Positions 58,035 through 64,000 of a stretch of DNA of 64,000 nt are shown here, one piece after another (position 1 is the stretch's first letter; every line of letters begins with the position of its first letter). The notes below the pieces were generated by a model. The model made no database searches. It was not told where the DNA came from and saw only the letters and a list, made by a program, of their open reading frames with translations. Position numbers and translations under genes: made by a program. The DNA is from Candidatus Latescibacterota bacterium. GTDB lineage: Bacteria; Latescibacterota; UBA2968. Location of the stretch: positions 4,416,001-4,480,000 of the forward strand of contig OZ242010.1 in the NCBI GenBank assembly GCA_965204745.1, given 5' to 3'.

Positions 58035-58993
58035 CAGTGGCACTCCTTACAAACGATCTTTCAATCCACGGGCAATTTTCCGATCTGCACATGTTCCGAG
58101 ACGCGCTTAGGCGGCTCATGGCGATCCGAAATGTCGCCAAGAAGTACGGGCGCGAGGTTCATTGTCACAGAAATATGGATGGCGTTGAGGTTATGCCTAA
58201 AGTCTATATGCGACAAGCGATCCAAAGCCTAACCCAAGATGAACGACGGGTCGTGATGCAGTGGATAACGCAACTTGGTCCGTTTTGGGATGATGAGCGC
58301 GTTCATAGCCCTGATGATTGGCTCGAATGCAATGGAGAAATCGTTACGGAGACTGCTGTCGGAGAAGCGGCATATCGCTGTTGGAATGGGATTGAAACCC
58401 ATCTCGTGAGTCTGACTCCATCGTCGTGGGATTTTTCTCCCGTTGTCGTGAAGTGGTTGAGAAATGAGACTGTGTTCAGGCAGAATGAAGTTGTCAATTA
58501 CCGAACTGCTAATGAACTGAAAATCGCTCTCGAGATTGCTCCTGTCGAGTTCGCATCGTGGAAAGCCTTGGCAGACGAGGCGAGGGTTCGTTGCGAGCAC
58601 TTGACATTTTCCACACACTGCTTTGACCCACTCAATAGATATCCTTTCGCGCTTACTGTCGCACAAAATATACTCCGTCGTCTTGAGATATTGGAGCGGT
58701 TAAAGTGCTGCTTTGATGCAGAGGGAAAACGTACCCCTGAGGGACGCGAACTCTATCGGGATCACTTCGCCGGAGAACGAGCGTGGTTTTCCGACTCGTC
58801 GAGCACAGAGAAGAGCGATTTCCAAAAGAAACTGACCTTTCCGAATCCAACTGGCGGCGGTAAGCCGTTGTTTTGTCCATGGCACGGAAAGGTGAACAAT
58901 ACTCCCCCAATCCGCATTCATTTTTCATGGCCCATAACAGCAGATGAGCCACTTTATGTTGTGTATGTAGGGCCGAAAATTACGCGGCGTTAG
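58025..58993 (+). CDS. Third operon gene, putative nuclease effector (Menshen NsnC-like)
   Basis: Overlaps the ATPase stop; C-terminal WHGKV....IRIHF...LYVVYVGPK. Confidence 0.6.
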   Translation: MGLTVALLTNDLSIHGQFSDLHMFRDALRRLMAIRNVAKKYGREVHCHRNMDGVEVMPKVYMRQAIQSLTQDERRVVMQWITQLGPFWDDERVHSPDDWLECNGEIVTETAVGEAAYRCWNGIETHLVSLTPSSWDFSPVVVKWLRNETVFRQNEVVNYRTANELKIALEIAPVEFASWKALADEARVRCEHLTFSTHCFDPLNRYPFALTVAQNILRRLEILERLKCCFDAEGKRTPEGRELYRDHFAGERAWFSDSSSTEKSDFQKKLTFPNPTGGGKPLFCPWHGKVNNTPPIRIHFSWPITADEPLYVVYVGPKITRR

Positions 58994-59195
58994 CAGCGCG
59001 TTTTTTATTTTTAAAGAGGTTGTGTATGTAGGGCCGAAAATTACGCGGCGTTAGCAGCGCGTTTTTCATTTTTAAAGAGGTTGTGTATGTAGGGCCGAAA
59101 ATTACGCGGCGTTAGCAGCGCGTTTTTTATTTTTAAAGAGGTTGTGTATGTAGGGCCGAAAATTACGCGGCGTTAGCAGCGCGTTTTTCATTTTT
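58958..59195 (+). repeat. About four tandem 61-bp units duplicating the gene end and stop codon
   Basis: Units start at 58958, 59019, 59080 and 59141; there are no spacers. Confidence 0.95.
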
Positions 59196-59208
59196 TAGGA
59201 GATTGTCC

Positions 59209-60258
59209 ATGGAGTTGTTGAAGGAATTGTGCGAATGTTCGGGGGTGCCCGGGCGCGAGGGGCGGTTGCGGGAGATCGTGCGGCGGGAACTCGAGCCGAT
59301 CACAGGCGAATTGCGCGTGGATGGGATGGGCAATTTGATTGCGAAGCAGGAGGCGAGCGCGGGTGAGAATCCCAAAAAGCTGATGCTGGCCGCGCACCTG
59401 GATGAGATCGGTTTTGTGGTGTCGCACATCGACAAGCGGGGATTTTTGCGCCTGGTGCCGTTGGGCGGGCACGATCCGCGCAATATGGTGGCGCAACGGG
59501 TGACGGTTGCCGGCGCGCAACGGGATTACACCGGGTTGCTCTATCCGGGGGTGAAGCCGCCGCATATCCAGACGGATGCGGATCGCAATAAGAAGTTGCG
59601 CGTGGAAGATTTTGTAGTGGATTTGTACATGCCTGCCGATGAGGTCAAAAAGGAGATCGAACTCGGCGCGATGGTGACGTTGCAACGCGCATTTGCCGAG
59701 ATCGGCAATGGGGTGAATTGCAAGGCGATAGACAATCGCTTGGCGGTGTACGTGATGATCGAGGCGATGAAGCGGGCAGAGTCGTTTGCGTTTGAGACGT
59801 ATCCGGTGGCGACCGTGCAGGAAGAGGTCGGATTGCGCGGCGCGGTGGCGAGTGCTTTTGGGGTGGATCCAGATGTGGGCGTGGCGTTGGATATTACGCT
59901 GGCCGCGGATATGCCGGGGGTGCCCGCGCACGAACAGGTGACGCGCTTGGGAGACGGGACCGCGATTAAAATTCAGGATTCGAGTTCGATTTCCCACCCG
60001 GGATTGGTGGCGCACATGAAGGCCCTGGCAGAAGCACGCGAGATCAAGTACCAGATGGAGATTTTGCCTCGGGGCGGCACAGACGCAGGGGGCATCCAGC
60101 GCGTTCGGGCCGGGGTGCCCGCGATTACGCTGTCCATTCCCACGCGGTATGTGCATACGTCGATTGAATTGGCGGACAAGGACGATATCGAGGCGTCGAT
60201 CCAATTGCTGACCGCTTTTCTGGAAGAGGGAGATCGCGCGGATTTGGATTTTGTGTAG
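59209..60258 (+). CDS. M42-family metallopeptidase
   Basis: AAHLDEIG, KAIDNR, TVQEEVGLRGA, GGTDAG, PTRYVH. Confidence 0.93.
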   Translation: MELLKELCECSGVPGREGRLREIVRRELEPITGELRVDGMGNLIAKQEASAGENPKKLMLAAHLDEIGFVVSHIDKRGFLRLVPLGGHDPRNMVAQRVTVAGAQRDYTGLLYPGVKPPHIQTDADRNKKLRVEDFVVDLYMPADEVKKEIELGAMVTLQRAFAEIGNGVNCKAIDNRLAVYVMIEAMKRAESFAFETYPVATVQEEVGLRGAVASAFGVDPDVGVALDITLAADMPGVPAHEQVTRLGDGTAIKIQDSSSISHPGLVAHMKALAEAREIKYQMEILPRGGTDAGGIQRVRAGVPAITLSIPTRYVHTSIELADKDDIEASIQLLTAFLEEGDRADLDFV

Positions 60259-60378
60259 ATGGGAGTTTCACCACGCACGGACGGGCAGATGAGGTGAGGA
60301 ACGCACACGGGGCGGCGGTGGAGAGATGGGGCACGCACGGGGGACGGGCGGATGGGTGGATAACAGGAGACTTAAACC

Positions 60379-61953
60379 ATGCGCTTCTTCAACACAAGTG
60401 GACCTGTCGTGGCCGCGGATCACTACTGTATCCCACCCTTGGAACGGGTTGACCTCGCCGAGATTCGCAGACTCATCCGCGACAAACGCTACTTCGTCCT
60501 GCACGCGCCCCGGCAGACGGGCAAGACCTCGGCTCTGCTGGCTCTGCGCGACTTGCTCAACGCCGAGGGCATCTACCGTTGCGTGTACGTCAATGTCGAA
60601 GGTGGGCAAGCCGCACGCGAAGATGTGGAACAGGTTATGCGTACCATTCTGGGCGAGTTGGCTCTCCGGGCACTCTCGGCGCTGGACGACGGGTTTCTCG
60701 ACGCGAGTTGGCCCGACATCTTAACCAAGTACGGTCCTCACGGTGCCTTGCGTGCAGCATTGACGCGCTGGACAGCGTCGGATGCGAAACCTTTGGTGCT
60801 ACTCATCGACGAAATCGACGCGCTGATCGGGGACTCGCTCCTGTCCGTGTTGCGGCAGTTGCGGGCCGGCTACGATTTGCGTCCCGAGGAGTTTCCGCAA
60901 AGCGTGGTACTGTGCGGGATGCGCGATGTGCGCGATTATCGCATCCATTCCAGTTCTGCAAATGCCACCATCGCCGGGGGCAGTCCGTTTAACATCAAGG
61001 CGCGATCATTGCGCTTGGGCGATTTTTCACAGGACGAGGTACAAGCCTTGCTCGCACAACACACCGAGGAGACGGGTCAGGTGTTCACGCCAGACGCGCA
61101 GGAGATGATCTGGACGCAGACCCAAGGGCAACCGTGGCTGGTCAACGCCTTGGCGGATCAAGCCTGCTTCCGCGATGGCGCCGTGGATCGGCGCGATCCG
61201 GTCACTGCCGCCGCCATCATCGAAGCGAAAGAGCACCTCATCCTGCGCCGCGAAACGCATTTGGAACAGTTGACCGACAAGCTCAAAGAGGAGCGCGTGC
61301 AGCGCGTCGTGGAACCGCTATTGAGTGGGGCCGAGACACGCCACTTCACGGATCGGGATTTGGAGTATGTGCGCGATCTCGGTCTCGTGGCTCAAGATCG
61401 CCCCTTGCGTATCGCCAATCCGATCTACGCCGAGGTCGTCCCGCGCGAATTGACATGGGTGATCCAAGAGGAGTTCGATCAGGACACCGCTTGGTACGTC
61501 CATGCCGATGGCAGTTTGGATGTGGTCAAATTGCTGGCCGCGTTCCAGACCTTCTTCCACGAACACTCCGAGCATTGGGTCGAGCGATTCGCGTATCGCG
61601 AGGCCGGCCCGCAACTGTTGCTTCAAGCGTTTTTGCAACGGATCATGAACAGCGGCGGGCGCATCGAGCGCGAGTATGGCTTGGGTCGCATGCGAACCGA
61701 TCTGCTCATCATCTGGCCGCAGGGCGAGCGGACGCGCAAGTTCGTGATCGAGTGCAAAATTCTCCACAAGGGCTTAGATCAGACCATTGCCGCGGGGTTG
61801 TCACAGACCGCCGAGTATATGGATCGTTGCGATGCAGAAGCGGGTCATCTGGTAGTTTTCGACCGGCGCGAGGGCCGGCGTTGGGAGGACAAGGTATTTC
61901 GAGATCGCCGAATGTCACACAGCGGGGTAGAGATCGATATCTGGGGCATGTGA
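60379..61953 (+). CDS. AAA ATPase with C-terminal PD-(D/E)XK-like domain
   Basis: HAPRQTGKT, LLIDEID, SPFNI, EREYG.G..RTDL, VIECK. Confidence 0.85.
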   Translation: MRFFNTSGPVVAADHYCIPPLERVDLAEIRRLIRDKRYFVLHAPRQTGKTSALLALRDLLNAEGIYRCVYVNVEGGQAAREDVEQVMRTILGELALRALSALDDGFLDASWPDILTKYGPHGALRAALTRWTASDAKPLVLLIDEIDALIGDSLLSVLRQLRAGYDLRPEEFPQSVVLCGMRDVRDYRIHSSSANATIAGGSPFNIKARSLRLGDFSQDEVQALLAQHTEETGQVFTPDAQEMIWTQTQGQPWLVNALADQACFRDGAVDRRDPVTAAAIIEAKEHLILRRETHLEQLTDKLKEERVQRVVEPLLSGAETRHFTDRDLEYVRDLGLVAQDRPLRIANPIYAEVVPRELTWVIQEEFDQDTAWYVHADGSLDVVKLLAAFQTFFHEHSEHWVERFAYREAGPQLLLQAFLQRIMNSGGRIEREYGLGRMRTDLLIIWPQGERTRKFVIECKILHKGLDQTIAAGLSQTAEYMDRCDAEAGHLVVFDRREGRRWEDKVFRDRRMSHSGVEIDIWGM

Positions 61954-62035
61954 GGCAAGCGGCGGTGGCGAGGCAGGGCACGCACGGGCGGACGGGCGGA
62001 TGAGCAGGGCACGCACACGGATCGGAGCTAAACAA

Positions 62036-63345
62036 ATGACAGCCGACCTCAAACCCTATCCCCACTACAAGCCCTCCGGCGTCGACTGGCTCGGCGACAT
62101 ACCCGCGCATTGGGAGGTGCGGCGGTTAAAGTTTTCCGTAGAGAATGTTGCTGACCAAACACGCAAACGCAGGAAGCGCGAAATCTACCTTGCGATGGAA
62201 CACGTTGAAAGTTGGACAGGGAAGTATAGCGAAGCCGGGCCGGATGTGGTCTTCGACAGTCAGGTTAAGCGGTTCAAGGCTGGCGATGTGCTGTTCGGCA
62301 AGTTGCGGCCTTATTTGGCGAAGGTTACACGCCCTAATCGGACGGGCGTCTGCGTAGGCGAATTTTTGGTATTGCGACCTCGTGCTTGTGCTCTGTCATC
62401 CGGTTATCTGGAGTATCTGATGCGATCAAAGCCAGTTATAGATGCCATCAACGCTTCGACATTTGGAGCGAAGATGCCGCGTGCAGACTGGCAATTTATC
62501 GGTGGTATGGTGCAACCTCTCCCACCCCTCGCCGAGCAAGCCGCTATCGTCCGCTACCTCGATCACACCGATGGGCGCATCCGCCGCTATCTCCGTAGCA
62601 GGGAACGGCTCATCGAGTTGCTCAAGGAGTATCGACAGGCTACCATCCACGAGACGGTCACGCAAGGGCTTGACCCGGATGTGCCCCTCAAGCCCTCTGG
62701 CGCAGAGTGGCTCGGCGACATACCCGCGCATTGGGAGGTGCGGCGAGTCAAGCACGCATTTAGACGGATCGTGGGCGGCTCGACGCCATCAAGTAGCGAG
62801 GCGGCCTACTGGGACGGTACTATTGTTTGGGTTACACCAACCGACATCAGCAAAGTGACTCGATTGCGGGACTCTCAGCGTCGGATTACGAAAAAGGGAT
62901 TCGACTCTTGTTCCACTACATTAGTTCCTGTTGGAAGTTTAGTGGTCACGTCGAGAGCACCCGTAGGAAACGTAGCTCTTGCGGAAGTCCCGCTCTGTAC
63001 CAATCAAGGTTGCAAAACCTTGGTTCCAGATAGTCAAGTCATTGATTCTACTTATGGCTATCAAGTGTTTGGGAGACTCAAAGATGAACTTCAGAGCTTG
63101 GCCAATGGTACTACATTTACCGAGATTTCAACCAACGCCCTCGGAAATGTCTTATTGCCCATCCCACCCCTCGCGAGCAAGCCGCTATCGCCGCATATTT
63201 GGACAAACAGACCGCTACCATTGACGCCGCCATGGCCCGCGCCCAGCGGGAGATCGACTTGTTGAGCGAATACCGCACGCGCCTGATCGCCGACGTGGTC
63301 ACCGGGCAAGTGGATGTGCGCGGAGCGACTGATACTAACTGTTGA
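62036..63345 (+). pseudogene. hsdS: Type I restriction-modification specificity subunit with a 1-nt frameshift near 63174
   Basis: Two TRDs; conserved KPSG..WLGDIPAHWEV twice. The second PPLAEQ reads CTCGCGAGCAA versus CTCGCCGAGCAA in the first; the shifted frame continues to EYRTRLIADVVTGQVDV. Confidence 0.85.
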
Positions 63346-63457
63346 CCTCATGGGATAGGTCAATATCAAATCAATTTAAGATGGGCACTATTTCACTTTC
63401 AGGCGCGAACTTGGAATAGCAAAATCCGCTATTCCAAAAACTTAAATAGGATTCGAT

Positions 63458-63727
63458 ATGCAGCGCAGAGAAATCGGCAGATACGAGATCTCGACCACGA
63501 GTGGCGAGCGGATTCGCGCCTTTGTGCCGGCACCACTACCGCCTGATCCGCCCCTCGTTCTGGACGGCGCGCTTCAGCAGGCGTTTGAATCGGCAACACT
63601 CGCGCTCGGGCGGCTCGACGGCATCTCGGCGCTTCTGCCAGACCAAACGCTTTTTCTTTGGACATACATACGCAAGGAGGCCGTGCTTTCCTCTCAGATC
63701 GAAGGCACGCAATCGTCGTTATCCGAC
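63458..63727 (+). pseudogene. Fic-family gene, N-terminal fragment truncated by an IS insertion
   Basis: AFVPAPLPP, LGRLDG, RKEAVLSSQIEGTQSSLSD, then IS-end sequence. Confidence 0.85.
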
Positions 63728-64000
63728 CAGGCCGTAAAGCCCCCATGCTTTAGCAGGGGGATATAGTGTGGCTCTAGGCGTGCTTTAGCATGAAAACTTT
63801 TCTTGCACTGTTGCATTTTGTGGAACTTTTTCTTGCTTGCATGCGGCTAAGTAGTGTTCCCAAAAGCAACGCTCTTTTTGTATTTGTCTCATTCCGCCGA
63901 TGGCAAAGCGTTGCTTTGGGAACAACCGTCGGCGGTTTTTCTTTGGGAGTAAAAACATGGGCTACCGAACCTACAAATTTAAGTTGTACGACAACGCCCG
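63728..64000 (+). mobile_element. IS200/IS605-family element (tnpB-first, IS1341-like): left end plus start of tnpB
   Basis: Subterminal hairpin AAGCCCCCATGCTTTAGCAGGGGG; no tnpA between the end and tnpB. Confidence 0.72.
63957..64000 (+). CDS. tnpB: TnpB N-terminus (partial)
   Basis: GGGAG RBS; MGYRTYKFKLYDNA resembles the typical TnpB YKF(K/R)LY start; only 14 codons are visible. Confidence 0.6.
   Translation, partial: MGYRTYKFKLYDNA

Noticed and set aside
58958-59195. CRISPR array
   Set aside because: The units are contiguous with no unique spacers, they copy a gene end, and no cas genes are present.
1-64000. tRNA or rRNA genes
   Set aside because: No cloverleaf or rRNA signature was recognised by eye; a tRNAscan-SE or barrnap run would be needed to exclude them fully.

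Overview
A GC-rich bacterial window. The giant Fn3/Calx-beta/GLUG surface proteins, dockerin-like EF-hand tails, dense REP-like repeats and many toxin-antitoxin (TA)/defence genes suggest a host-associated (sponge-type) Latescibacterota/Gemmatimonadota-like organism; this is inference only. Two paralogous, divergently oriented giant secreted proteins (<1-8114 minus, absent from the ORF track; 21968-33265 plus) flank fucosidase, alr, a sacsin-like ATPase/nuclease and sbcCD. The strongest novel signal is that each giant gene is preceded by a homologous ~56-61-codon leader ORF, and in one copy a 20-nt C/G homopolymer decides whether the leader fuses to the giant gene or stops at its start codon, which looks like a phase-variable translational switch. 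Other items: a MITE splitting a hicB-like start codon, a repeat-punctuated TA array, a putative leader-peptide attenuator, an in-frame repeat insertion in a DmpA-like peptidase, a Menshen-like defence operon followed by a 61-bp tandem repeat, an orphan frameshifted hsdS, and a fic gene truncated by an IS200/IS605 (tnpB) element at the right edge. No rRNA, tRNA or CRISPR array was recognised. All calls come from reading the sequence by hand; no database search was run.
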